Below, in pieces: positions 1-13,372 of a stretch of DNA of 64,000 bases. Source of the DNA: the human T2T-CHM13v2.0 reference genome, Homo sapiens. A model generated the notes under the pieces. That model was not told the origin of the DNA and made no database searches. It was given only the letters and a program-made list of their open reading frames with translations. The stretch lies in the NCBI RefSeq assembly GCF_009914755.1, contig NC_060936.1; one strand, given 5' to 3'. A program made the translations under genes and the position numbers. The stretch's first letter is position 1. Each line of letters opens with the position of its first letter.

Positions 1-80
1 AGTTAAAGAATGCATCAAGTATTTTGAACAGCACCTGACATACAGCAAATGTTCAGCATGTTAGCTCCTATTACTATCAC
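1..80 (+). mobile_element. MIR SINE 3' end fragment
   Basis: gaacagcacctgacatacagcaaatgttcagcatgttagct...ttact resembles the MIR 3' terminus. Confidence 0.55.
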
Positions 81-687
81 TATTGCTAAGTAGTGAAGCA
101 ATGATTAGAATCTGTTCTGTCTGACACCAGTGCACATCACACATCATAGAAGTGTTAATTAGCAGTGTTTTTGAGGTTAGGTTGTAAGTCATCTACAAAG
201 AACAATAAATATCTACACTCAGGAGACTGGAGAGAAAAAAAAGTAAAATAAAGTCTATTTCATTTGTTCCCAAATTTACCATCACTAAAAGAAGTCTAAT
301 TAAAGTTACTGAATTTCTATTAAGGACCAAACCATAAATAGATGTGATGATTTGGGGATGAATAATATACATTGTCTTGCTCCTCAGAGAGTTCATGGAT
401 GAGTAGGAGCAACTAACATTTGGGCAAATAATCTTATGCAATGTGGCAGTTACCATAACAGAAATAGGTGAAGAATAATAGGATAATATATAATTAATTT
501 TTTAGTAGAAGAAGAAAAACTACAAATGTTTCTAAAATCACTACCTATATATGAAAACTCACATATATGTGAAAAACTATGTATACATGCCATAAAGACA
601 TAAATATATATACTCATTATATATATATAATAAGTAGTATTAAAGGAAGAAGGAGAGGAAACCTGTTATTAGTAGGAGTATATATTA

Positions 688-733
688 TATAGAGAGATAG
701 AGAGAGACTATATATATATACATATATATATAC

Positions 734-770
<37 letters not shown>
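688..770. repeat. (GA)n/(TA)n microsatellite
   Basis: Directly visible dinucleotide repeats. Confidence 0.95.
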
Positions 771-1728
771 CTCATTCATTCATTTTAAGCATGCTTGCAA
801 GTCAGGGCACCACATTGTCATCATATGCCAATCATTGTATAATTACTTGATCCAAATGTCCAGTTGAAAATCAAACCAAGTAAGGTTTGATAAAACCCAG
901 AAAGTAATCTAAGTCTTTTATATTGGGGTCATCTCTGACACATTTATTGCACTCAAGAAATATGATGTTCTCTAACATTATAAAAAAGGATTTTGAACAA
1001 AGTTAACATTGAAAACTTCATAGCCTATTATTTCTGTCATCTCTATATATTATCATTCATAAAAATTAGTCTCTGAAAGCAGAAATTCTATTGTCTTATG
1101 CTTTACATAACAGACTATTATTATCTGAAATTAGAAATAGTCTAGTAATAAATATATGAAGACATTTGCTACTGATTGCTTTGGGCAGACGTTTTGCTTG
1201 AGATATATTGATATTTGTCTTTATAAAGTTTAACTTCTGTACATTCCAAAACCACTACATTACCATGATGTTCTCATTTATGAGCTATCTCATGGAAAGT
1301 ATTCCATTTTTTGCAATGAAAGAAATGAGATGCCTTTCTCCAATCATTGTTACATTGTGCAGGTTTTTATATTTTCCTTTTTCAGCTTCCCACATCGCAT
1401 GTCATTATAACAACTACATTATAAACTAAAACAAGTGATTATATTGGAAAATAATGGGGCTTGGGAAGGAATAGTCTTCCATGCAATAATTTTTTCTCTG
1501 CAGAATAAAATATTCTAATTTGCTCCCGACTCAGTGCTTGAAATAATGGACATGATGTTTTCTAAAATTAAAAACAGTAAAGTGACAAGAAAAAAGAAAT
1601 TTAGAATATCATTTTAAATAATAAAACAGTCAATACTGCAAAAAGATAAACGATGCAAAGTAAACTCAAATGTTTGGAAACTGCATCGCCCAGACCCATC
1701 ACCATTTACCAAATAAGGTGTGTTCCAC

Positions 1729-1744
1729 TGGCCCTCTAGTGGTG
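1729..1744 (-). promoter_or_regulatory. CTCF-like motif
   Basis: Minus strand reads CACCACTAGAGGGCCA, close to the CTCF core CCASYAGRKGGCRS. Confidence 0.4.
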
Positions 1745-2489
1745 ATGTGTTAGAATCATAGATTCTTCCACTCGAAGGGTAAAAAAAGCTGTCTTCTTTC
1801 AGAAGTACTAAAGTGAAACATGTTCCTGTAAATGCCATATTCTAGGAATGTATTTTTAAATCTCCGTGTGGGATGTAAGTAGAAAAATTTTCCTCAGCCA
1901 ATGTGGGGTTTCTTCTTGTACCCCTCAATAAAAGCTATGTCAAGTGAAGATGACAAATTGGGATACCACATGGTACATCATAATAACCCAGTACTTTTGC
2001 CACATTAAGTTTTGCAAAAGGTTGCAAATGAGTCATAGCACAAAGTTCTGCAAGCCCTGCAACATCTCCCTCCATTGCACCTTAATTCTTTTCAGCAAGC
2101 CCCGTCTTACTGGAGCCCTGGCATTTTCTTTAAAAGGGAGTGCCCCATTGTTATAATGTTTCTATGACGGACAGAAATTACTCTGCGGTTTCAGACTGAA
2201 GAGCAAGTGCAGTTACCTCCTGCATTGCCATCCTCTTAGCAAAGCTTTCTGATGTTTCTGGACAGATAATCCTCCTGAGGAAACCCCCTCAATAATGAAG
2301 GTATTACAAATAATACATGTTATACCATCCACTAGACCTTATTTGGTTCTTGGCCATAACGAACAGTGGTCTTTAGGAGGATGTCACAGCTCCCCGGCAC
2401 TAAAGTGTGTCTAGGACTCATTTTCATAACTTAATGCACAAATATCCAAAAAGGAATCAGCAGCTGTCTCTCCTCGAGTTTCTTTTACC

Positions 2490-2845
<356 letters not shown>

Positions 2846-3103
2846 CCACCCATCTAAAAAACAAAACAAAACAAAATCAAAACTTTTCTACAGTACAAGA
2901 ATTCTATGTTTATGTAATAATTGAAAATAATATTTTATCAATACAACTTCTGACTAAAGTATGGTTGCAGAGCTCTGGGATTAGTGCTGTGTACGAGGAA
3001 TGGGAAATTAGACAGTATGTGTGCTTATTCACTCCACAATATTCTGTTGCAAAAACCATGGCAGTTAGTGGGGACAGCGTTGACTCAAAATGAACAAGTT
3101 AGT

Positions 3104-3220
3104 TGGAAGGAAGGAAGGAAGGAAGGAAGGAAGGAAGGAAGGAAGGAAGGAAGGAGAGGGAAAGGAAAGGGAGAAAAAGGAGACAGACAACAAAAAAGAA
3201 GGAAGGAGGGAGAAAGAAAA
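3104..3220. repeat. (GGAA)n microsatellite and purine-rich tract
   Basis: About 12 GGAA units followed by GA-rich low complexity. Confidence 0.95.
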
Positions 3221-4001
3221 GAGTCAATGTGTCCTGTTTACATGAAAACCTTTTAAAGCACAATATTTCTTCAAGGCAGGCAGAGATAAAACAGATCACT
3301 TTTCAATAATTTACTCTGAGTTACTAAGATCTTTATTTTTCTTTTTCTCTTTTCTTTTTTGAAGGAGAATATTCAGGTTGATAATCAGGGTTAAAGTACC
3401 ATGATATTGTAAAAGTCAAATACACAACTACATGCTTCTTTTGCAACCAAAATTTCCTTTATTGTATACATTTAAGAGTTGTGATACTTATTCTACTTCA
3501 CTGTAAAAACAAAGAAATGTCACACTTAACACCTGCAGGTAGAGACAAGTTACGTTCATGTTAAATTCATGGCAGTAACATAGCATCTTTTTCAGTTTCA
3601 TTTAAGATTCTGCTTTTCAGAATTCATTTGCCACTACCCGTTTTAATGCCTAGAATTGTGTTAAAGAATATTAGTTCTCTAATCTTCACTTAGTTTTATA
3701 ATATTTAATGCTCTTTTGACTTCAGAATATTTCCTTAAATAAAAAAGATATACATATATTTGCAGTATATATATTCATAATTGTATATGCTATTACATGC
3801 ATGCAATATACATATATGTATATATACATTTGCATACAAACACACACACACACATTTCTATGTATTTGCATCTTGACCATGTATTAAATACCTGAGTTTT
3901 TTCTCAGTATAAACTTTAGGATATATTCTAGAAATGTTATTAAGAATGAAGAAAGAAGACTGAAAGAGAGAAAATGCATTCTATTCCAAAACTAAATAAT
4001 A

Positions 4002-4062
4002 TTAGGTTGGCATACATTGACTTTCAATGGCATAAACCTCAATTACTTTTGTGCCAACCTAA
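4002..4062. mobile_element. MADE1 (Hsmar1-derived MITE), internally deleted
   Basis: Termini ttaggttgg...ccaacctaa and core caatggcataaacctcaattacttttgtgccaacctaa. Confidence 0.85.
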
Positions 4063-4309
4063 AAATTCAAAAGATTTTAGTCTAATGTAATTTTATTATA
4101 CAATGGAAAATTATTTTAGCAGTTAAAAATACTTGGTAAGATCATCAATGCCATGCATACAGTTGGGGCTACAATAAAACACATCCATATTAATGTACAT
4201 AAATGCTGAAAGGGAAAATCATGCATTATTTTAGGTTGTAAAGTTTTAAGTTAGAGATTTCTATCTAACTTTTTAGGCCTCCTGAGTCCTGATCCTTCAA
4301 GGATGCCTT

Positions 4310-4575
4310 ATAGATTGGTGGTTAACACCATCAAAGATGGAGTAAACAGACTAACCTAAATAGAATCCTGGCTCTGTTATTTAGTACCTGTGTGCCTTTA
4401 ATTTAGATATGTCTAGTCTCTGAATCTATTTTCCTAATGTAAAATACTACCTAACTCTGCATTTATTCAAAGAATTAGAAGAGACAGAATATGCCAAGTT
4501 CTTTTGCACAGAAAGTTTTACATTTTAAGAGCTAGGTAAATGGTGACACATTATTATTATTATCATTATTATTAT
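4310..4575 (+). mobile_element. MIR SINE, diverged
   Basis: gaatcctggctctgttatttagtacctgtgtgcc...tctctgaatctattttcctaatgtaaaat core and (TTA)n tail. Confidence 0.65.
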
Positions 4576-5568
4576 ATAAGAAAAATGAATCAGGCAATAA
4601 GATTATTTGGGGCAAAGATGGGAGTAGGGAAATTATAGGTTAGGGAAAAGGAGGGCAGGCTTGTTACTTGTTTTGTGAAAAAAATGATATACTTTAAGGA
4701 ATTGAATTCATTGAGTAATTTCTAAGTTCTCCATTTTAATTGGGGTTTTTGTTCACTGACTCTGTGATTGTTACTTGGTTCATCTGAATTTTATTTCTAA
4801 AAGTCTCTTTATCATGAGAGAGGAAAAATGTAGGTAAAAATGATTGATAAAACACTCAAACACTGTCTGCTGTTTTATGTACTCAAACAAAAGTGTTAAG
4901 TGTATGCTTCAAGAATAAATTATAATTATCAGCTTTTAGAATAAAGAAAGCCTTCGGTTATAGAATGGTTCTGCCTAAATGATACAAACGACTCAGTTAT
5001 CTCACTGCTACTACATCTTTTAGCTCTATCAACCTGCTATTTGATACAAAATTAGAATTGATTTTTAAATATTTCTAAATTCCTCCACTTCATAGGTCAG
5101 AGTTACCCCAAAATGAACACTACTTTATGCTGATTTCATTAGTCATAGGGAAGCAACTAAACAAAAACTTGAAATTCTGCAACCTGGATTCACAATCCCC
5201 ACTCCCTGCTTCTCTATTATCTTAATAATCATATGAGATTCAGAAATTAAGCTGGAACACTCTGATCTAAACTGCGCAAAGTTGAATGCAGTTAAAAAAT
5301 CTTATAACAATTTCCAAGGTGACATGGTTTACCTTGAAAGTGCTGCATATGTATTGAAAGCAAAGCTTTGACTTTAGGAGAACTATCAGGTTTGGGGTAA
5401 ACAAATAAATTTCAAGGTTTGAGTCCACAACCTAAAGGTCAAAAGATACATGATGTGGATGTATGTGACACTGCTTTACACTGAAATAATTATGCAGAGA
5501 TTAACTTCATAGTGATTAAAAAAACTAAAATTGTATTCAAATGAGTATTTCAGATTACTATGTTAATT

Positions 5569-6188
5569 TGAAACAGTGGAACGTCACTGGTCTCATCTAA
5601 GGTAGTATCTGATCTTGTTGTCTCATGACTGAGACAATTGAGGACACAAAGAGAGTGAGGTTGGAGTGAAAGTTTAATAAGTGAAAGAAAAAAGCTCTCC
5701 TCAGTGGAGAGGGGAACCCAAGTGGGTTGCTGTTTTTACAGTTGAATCCAAAAGCTTTTATGAGAAACTCCTCTCATCTCTATAGCTGTTTGAGTAACTT
5801 CTCTTATCCATAAAGCTGTCTGCATAATTCCCCCTTGCGTATGTAGTTCTGGGTATGTCTCTAGGCAGGCACAATGTGCACTTCTTTTGTTTGTATAAAT
5901 GTGGGTTTGTTTTAGGTAAGCCCCTCTCCTCCCTGTGCAAGTTCCCATCGTATACATGTCTGAGAAGGGGAGGAAACTTTTCCTGGGTGCCTGCCAATTA
6001 CACAAAGAACAAAAGGCTTCTGTGTTGGACCATGCCTGCTTTGCCTGCTTATCTGTGCAGGTGCAGCCCAAGTTTTCCCCAGCCTGCTCTATTTTTGCCT
6101 GTAGCTGTGATTTTTCAGGCAGGGTGCTTCTCTGAGGACCAGCCTTAACTGTTTACCTAATTGGTGTTTATCCTTTTCTTCTGTATCA
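5569..6188 (-). mobile_element. ERV1-class solo LTR (subfamily not assigned)
   Basis: TG...CA termini (TGATAC...GTTTCA on minus), 4-bp TSD AATT (5565-5568, 6189-6192), ATTAAA polyA signal on minus near 5675. Confidence 0.8.
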
Positions 6189-8605
6189 AATTGATGGCTG
6201 CTAAAGACTTCTGCAGAAACTAGCTAAGTTACATGATAGAATTTTGTAAGTGAATGTTGCTTTTAAGAGGTTAATGTATTTTTATTTGTTGAGTTCCTGT
6301 GAAGATGTTACTTTTTATGTCTATTTGTTACCCGTTTTTCTAACTATAATTTATATTTAATCCTTTGGTAATAATAATTACATTTTGCACAAGTACAAGA
6401 AATACTACATTAGAAAAAGACAAACACAAACCATGTCATCTACAGACAGAAATTTTGCTTCATTTGTTTTATTTGCACATGAGCAAACAAAAATGTGGGA
6501 GAGAAAAATATTGAAAGTTGTGCTTTTTAAAAATTTTTTATTGCAATAATTGTTTCAGAGTCCTCTTTTTAAATATTCTTGGCTACAAAATCATACCTTT
6601 TATTTTATTACTCTTCATTTGATAATATGATTAAACATTTTCTGCTTAAAGTATTTAACATTTGGAAAACACAGAATTTCAACAAATAAAAATTTTAGAA
6701 ACTTTTGGTTATAAACAGTATTTCATTTATATCATCTACTCAATGGGATTGCTTAGGGAAAAGAGAGTACATACAGCTAACGGACATATTTGATAATTGC
6801 ATACCAAGAACTTTCTTCTGAAACAACAGCTTGCAATTTTAATGCCCTTTCCTTTAATACATAGTAATGAAAGGGAATCTGAGTTAGATTATAAAATGAG
6901 TTTATGAAAGCCCACCAAACTCTGGAGAAAAAACACATCATTACTGGCTCTATGAGTGAACTTTCAGGTAGAGAATGTCATACTCAATGTAAGAGTATAT
7001 TTTAAAGCTTTCTCTGTAACTTTTCTTCAATTAGTTATTAAACATTTGACACCAGAAATATTAATATACACAAGCTGTCCACAGGAGTTCCTATTTCTAC
7101 AGAAGAAATAAACATGTAAACAGACACAGAATGTAGCATGTTTTCATAGTGTATAGACATATCACTTTAATGACCCATAAAAGGAAATAACTAACTTGAA
7201 AGCCTGAGCAAACCCATCCATCATACATACATAAATAATCCATATGTACATCCACATGGTTACAATTACTGCCTATTGATTCACTGCTTCCAAATATTTA
7301 TCTTTAGCCAAGACTCTTAGTGAGTTCAAGGTTCAAATATTTAACTATATACTTGCATTCCCATGTAGATGTCCCCTGGGCAAAACTCAAATCATTCAGA
7401 AGTTTTTCTGTACAAGTCAAGAAAACTTATTTATTGGCTGAAATAGGAAAAAAAATGGGTAACTTTTATAGTTGTTCTATAAAACACGTGAGCTATCCAT
7501 GGTCTCCGTCCTGGTTTCAAATGGAAGATATTCCCTGTCTGGGCTTTTGTACTCAACATGGGCACTCGGCAAAGGACAGATAGCGATGACCTTCTTGTGC
7601 TAGGACTTGGGTGCTTGGGGATCAAAGTTTATTTTGGATTTGTTCTTACAGAAAAAAAGGAGACCTGAGCAGTAGATTTGATACCACAGCATAATCTGAA
7701 GGAACAACCAATCTTACGTATTCTCCTTACCCCTTGGTTGGGACTCAGGGTTCCTTTGTGTACTCATGGTCATCAACTCCAGGTCCTGCCTGTCAGAGTA
7801 CATCTGTCTTTTTCCTGGACCCTTCTCTCCCTAGAAAATATCTTCTAAGTGGGAGCTTATTTTTCATTGACTTATTTCTACTTTAAATCCAGTCTAGGGA
7901 GTGAAAGTCAATATTTTATTGGTCCAACTATTTTTATCTTACTTAGAGTGACAGGTAATTTAAGGTTAAAAACATGTTTCTCTGACCAGATCAAGCTATT
8001 TGTCTCCAATTCACAAAATGTTTAATCATAAAAATTCTATCTGAACATTAAATATTATCATGATCCACCTGTGCTTTAAGCATATTTTTCTTCTTTTTAT
8101 ATCTTTGAATTTTCAAAAGAAATACATCCTTATTTTGAAAAATTCATTCATTTCAAACTTTTCTAATTTCCCATCTCTTACAGTCCTTCTTCCATCTTCA
8201 ATTTTAAAGAGACCTCTGATTTTCTATAACCTTTAAGGCCATGAAAGAATTCCAGATATTACATTAGAAATGTCATCAATTATGCAAACAAATCAGAGCT
8301 GCTGCTAATATCTAGCAACTGTGCAAAATTACCTTACGTAGAGTAAGAAATATCTAAGAGATAAATTTTTTGGAAGGAGATAGTGGAGAATAGAGTTCAG
8401 GCTTGGAAAATTGGAGAACTGACTTTTACAGATCCTGGGGGGAAAAGACCAAAGGAAGCTTAGAGATGAATATTCTAGCTTTAAAGAATAACCTGGAGAC
8501 TTAGAAAGTATGGATGATAGCAATTGAATTCATGATATGGAGTTAGAAGTGGGAGAAGTGGAAGGATATACTACCGACTTTATGCTTTGGATATTTAGAC
8601 CACTT

Positions 8606-10265
8606 ATTTTTTCCTTCAACTTTTATTAAGTTTGTGGGTACATGTGCAGCATGTGCAGGTTTATTACATAGGTAAACGTGGGCCCTGGTGGCTTGCTGCA
8701 CAGATCAACCCAATACCTACATATTAAGCCCAGCATCTTTTAGCTGTACTTCCTGATGCTCTCCTTCCCCCAACTCCACCCCTGATAGGCCCCAGTGTGT
8801 GTTATTCCCACCCATGTGTCCAAGTATTCTCATTGTTCAGCTCTCACTTAGAAGTGAGAACATGCGGTGTTTGGTTTTCTATTCCTGTGTTAGTTTGCTA
8901 AAGATAATGGCTTTCAAGCTCCACCAATGTCCCCACAAAGGACATGATCTCTTTCCTTTTTATGGCTGCACAGTATTCCATGGTGTACATGTACCACATT
9001 TTCTTTATCCAGTCTATCATTGATGGGCATTTGGGTTGATTCCATGTCTTTGTTATTGTGAATAATGCTGCATTGAACATATGTGTGCATATATTTTTAT
9101 ACTAGAATGACTTATGTTCCTTTGGGCGTATGCCCAGTAATGGGGTTGCTGGGTCAAATGGTATTTCTGTCTCTAGATCTTTGAGGAACCACCACACTAC
9201 CTTCCACAATGGTCTAATTTACACTCCCATCAACAGTGTAAAAGCAATCCTTTTTCTCTGCAACCTTGCCAGCATCTGTTGTTTCTGGACTTTTTAATAA
9301 TTGCCATTCTATTGGGCTGCTGCCATTACTTACAATGGCAAAAACCGCAATTACGTTTGCACCAACATAATAACTGATGTGAGATGGTCTCTCACTGTGG
9401 TTTTGATTTGCATTTCTCTAATGATCAATGAATCTGAGCCTTTTATCATATGTTTGTTGACTGCATAAATGTATTATTTTGAGAAGTGTCTGTTCATGTC
9501 TTTTGCCCAATTTTTAATGGGGTTGTTTGGTTTTGTGTGTGTGTGTGTTTGTGTGAATTTGTTTAAGTTCCTTTTAGACTCTGGATATTAGACCTTTGTC
9601 AGATGGATAGATTGAAAAAATTTTCTCCCATTCTGTAGGTTGTTTGTTCAATCTGATGATAGCTTCTTTTGCTATGCAGAACTTCTTTAGTTTAATTAGA
9701 TCCCATTTTTCGATTTTTGCTTTTGTTGCAATTGCTTTTAGGGTATTCATCATGAAATTTTTGCCTGTGTCTACATCCTAAATGGTATCACCTAGATTTT
9801 TTTGTGGGGTTTTTGTAGTTTGGGATTTTAAATTTAAGTCTTTAATCCATTCTGAGTTAATTTTTGTATAAGGTGTAAGGAAGGGGTCCAGTTTCAATTT
9901 TCTGCATATGGCTAGCCAGTTCTCCTAGCACCATTTAGTAAATAAGGAATTCTTTCCCCATTGCTTGTTTTTGTCAGGTTTGTCGAAGATAAGACAGTTG
10001 TAGGTGTGTGGTCTTATTTATGAGTTCTCTATTCTGTTCCACTGGTCTATGTGTCTGTTTATGTACCAGTACTATGCTGTTTTAGTTGTTGTAGCCTTGT
10101 AGTATAGTTTGAAGTCAGGTAGCGTGATGCCTCTAGCTTTGTTCTTTTTACTTAGGATTGTCTTGGCTATTTGGGCTCTTTTTTGGTTTCACATGAATTT
10201 TAAAATAGTTTATTCTAATTCTGTGAAGAATGTCGTTTGTAGTTTCATGGGAATGGCATTGACTA
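8606..10265 (-). mobile_element. 5'-truncated L1 (older L1PA, ~L1PA13-like): 3'UTR plus ORF2 end
   Basis: L1 3'UTR text; ORF2 C-terminal peptide TWNQPKCPSMIDWIKKMW (8898-9080); imperfect TSD TAGACCA(C/T)TT at 8596 and 10266. Confidence 0.93.
9312..9370. mobile_element. MADE1 nested in L1
   Basis: gccattacttacaatggcaaaaaccgcaattacgtttgcaccaacataa flanked by TA duplication (9310-11, 9371-72), splitting L1 gccattcTAactg. Confidence 0.88.
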
Positions 10266-10413
10266 TAGACCATTTTTATCTAAGATTCCTTTAGTCAGTT
10301 TACTAGTGTGAATTGTGCATGGAAAATATTCCTGTCTATATCTTAATAATTCCTTGCCTCCTAAAATACCCTGCAACTTCCATCTACCGCCTAGGTTCAG
10401 ATTCAGATACGGT

Positions 10414-10651
10414 GGTAGTTGTCAAAAGGAGTGGGGAGTATTGATTTGATATACCCACTTGCCATCCCAGTGCAGTCATCTGGCAATGCCTGGAGATATT
10501 TTTGGTTGTAACACTAGGGAATGCTACTGCATCTGGTGGATAGAGGCCAGGGATGCTACCAAACGTGCTAAAATGCACAGGACAACTCCCACTCCTCACC
10601 CTAACGAAGAATCATCTGGCTCAAAATGTCAATCAGGTTTGAGAAACCCTG
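10414..10651 (+). mobile_element. MER20 (hAT-Charlie DNA transposon)
   Basis: tggcaatgcctggagatatttttggttg...gaggccagggatgct...aatgcacaggaca...gagaaaccctg matches MER20. Confidence 0.9.
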
Positions 10652-10694
10652 AAAGGGAGTGTTATAAAATACTTATGTTTATTTGTTATTTGCA

Positions 10695-10860
10695 AGGCTG
10701 TGTTTTCCAGTACATTGTCTTATTTTAACCCATGACATCGCAGTGATCTAGATTGTCCCCATTTTGCAGATTTGGAAACTGAAGTTGAGAGTGTTCAGAG
10801 TTGCCCGATTTTCCATGACTCTTAAGGACAGGTGGCAGTCTTAAGGTCTTGAATTTTAAG
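10695..10860 (-). mobile_element. MIR fragment
   Basis: tgtccccattttgcagatttggaaactgaag MIR core, antisense. Confidence 0.65.
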
Positions 10861-11059
10861 TGTAAGATTTTATGCAGAATTATCTTTCCTTTATCTCAGT
10901 ATGTAACTTCTGAAATGTATATCCACATAAATTACACCATATTAATGTGATGAGTTTTTATCCAAATATACATTCCTAGTAACTCATTGTTTAATTGTAG
11001 GGTTCATGTTGAAATGAAGAGCTATATACCATCTTTAAATCTTTATTTTTTTTCCTCTC

Positions 11060-12960
11060 CAGTATTTTCTTACCTCCTTTTTTTCTTATTCAAGTGAATG
11101 GTGCTTAATTAACTCAACTGCTCTAAACATATACCTGAGAGACATCCTAAATATCTTGCTTATTTCTACTACTCTTTCCCCTACAATCAATTATCACTGA
11201 GGCTTGCCAATTCTATCTCCTAAACATGGCTTACATTGATTACTTCCCCTCTATTCTAATCACTACTGCCCTGGTTCAGGTCTTTATCACCTTCTCTTTG
11301 CAACACTCATGCATTCATTGTTTCATTCAATTACTCCTGTTTTTATGTATCCATTTATTCAAAAATATCCCAAACAATTAGTGAGTATACATCCTATGTT
11401 CTAGGTTGCTGAGTGGGATAAAAACAAATACAATTGTTATCTAAAAGAACATTTAGTACAATGGAAAGAAAAAATAAAGGTCCTGGCAAATAACAATTAT
11501 ATATGTGCTCATAATGACAAAATAAACTGTTCCAGCTACTAGGAAAGCACATAGGAACACCAAAATTAGACTGAAAGCCAGGCCAACCTATCTAGAAGAA
11601 GCAGTGACTGAAATGAAACCTACAGAATCATTAGGCAAGGCAAAGGATAGGGGGTTGTAGATTTTATTACTAGTTCTAATACTTCTTTCACTGCACTCAC
11701 ACTTTTACCATATGACCTTGCAGTCCCTCCCACAAAAGATGGAGGACATATTTCCCATCTTTTTTACTCAGAATAGACACATGTCATTTGGTTTGACCAA
11801 TTATTAGGCAGAAGTGACTGTTGTCTAGTTTTGTGACTGGGCCTTAAGGGATCTTGCATATTTTCACATTCCCTCTTGCATCTCTACCATCACCACGGAA
11901 ATAACATGCCCAGGATGGCCCACAAGCTCCAAGGGGAAGATGAGAGACACTTCGAGCAAAGCCCAACTTAAATAAGCTGACTAACCAGCTGAATCCCAGC
12001 TGTGTACATAGACACAACTCACATTTTGTGGTTGTTCGATAAGCATCAATTGCAAAGCAGAAATTTTTTGTGATGGAGGTGGCATTTTAGGCAAACAGAA
12101 GAACATGTGTACAGGATTAAATAACACTTGGAAAATTACACTCTTTTCAGATAGATTGGGGCATAAAGTTGGGGCATAATGTGAGATTAGCTAGAAATGA
12201 TATAAAACAAGTAATATGGGATAGATTATGCACAGCATTGTATGTCACACAAAAGATTTAAGAGTTCTTCTTGAAGAATGTAGGCAAATAAGCAGAGAGC
12301 ATTAAGCAAGAGAAGATGTAAAGAGACATTCATTTTAGAAAAGTCAAGCTGACTGACTATAGTAGGGAAATGGGTTGGAGAATGTGATTGAAATTTAGAA
12401 TGGCCAGTTAGGAGCTGGAAATGTTGAAAAAAAAAAGCCTAAACTAAGGTAGTGGCAATGGGTGTAGAAAGGAGGTAAGAAATTCAAAGAGTGCTATGGA
12501 ATATATACATATTAATGTTGCTGATCACTTTTTTTGTACGCTCTGGGGATGTGACAAATATGGGTTAGGGGGATCTCAGTCTGTACTTTGATTTAGGCAA
12601 CTGAATATACATAACCTTAGTAGTACCATTCACTGAGTTTTGTTTTGTGCTCTTTTTGGGAGGAGATGGGGAAGAAAAATAATCCATATGAAGATATGTT
12701 GCGTTTCAATGCCTATGAGATACTAAGAAGTAGGTATTCAGTAGAAAGTTGAAAACTTGGGTCTGCTACTTAGAAATAAGGCCTGTTTTAAACTAGATAT
12801 GTGTCAGATGATTTAGAGAAACACAAGGAAAAAGTCAAGAAAAGATAGCATCAAAATTTAAGGCAGCAGTTGGGACACAAAGGGAGATAAAGTGAATAGG
12901 CTTATAAGGAACTGTCAGAAGGAGGAAAAAACAAGATAACGTGGAACAACAGGATGAAAA
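11060..12960. mobile_element. L2 fragments in both orientations, interrupted by an old MLT1 LTR
   Basis: L2-like text (caattctatctcctaaa; cattcattg...; gtaccattcactgag); heavily diverged. Confidence 0.5.
11656..12060 (+). mobile_element. Old MaLR LTR (MLT1G/H-like)
   Basis: tgaccttgcagtccctccc...ttggtttgaccaat...gcagaagtgac...gccttaag...ttttgtggttgtt. Confidence 0.6.
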
Positions 12961-12974
12961 TAGAAGACACACGT

Positions 12975-13190
12975 ATAGTGATTATTATGTAGCAGGCACT
13001 ATTCTAAACACTTTACATACATACATAGATTTAATCATTACAACAGTCTTGTCAAGTAGATATAATGATTATCACCATATTACAGACTGGAAAGTGAGGC
13101 ACAGAGAGGCTAGATAATGTTCTCAAGGTCTCACAGCTAATTGATGGTAGACAGGGGATTCAGAGCCTGAGTTGAGGCTCTTAGTCGCCA
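12975..13190 (-). mobile_element. MIR SINE
   Basis: caggcactattctaaacactttaca...gtgaggcacagagagg...caaggtctcacagcta. Confidence 0.85.
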
Positions 13191-13372
13191 TCTGGACAAG
13201 AGAAGAAACAAGCCTGAGAGAAAGGAGTGGCTATCAGCATCAGTTCCTGCTTGTCGAATAAAGGTCTGAAAGAAGCTCATTGGTTTCAGCAACAAGGAAA
13301 CATTAATAACATTTACGAAAATAGTTTTGATGGGGAGATAAAGATAGAAAGACAGTCTTTGGTGTTGCCAAC

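Noticed and set aside
2217-2274. Possible 58-nt minus-strand exon (cctcag|GAGG...GGAG|gtaact)
   Set aside because: Poor polypyrimidine tract, not frame-preserving, peptide not recognised
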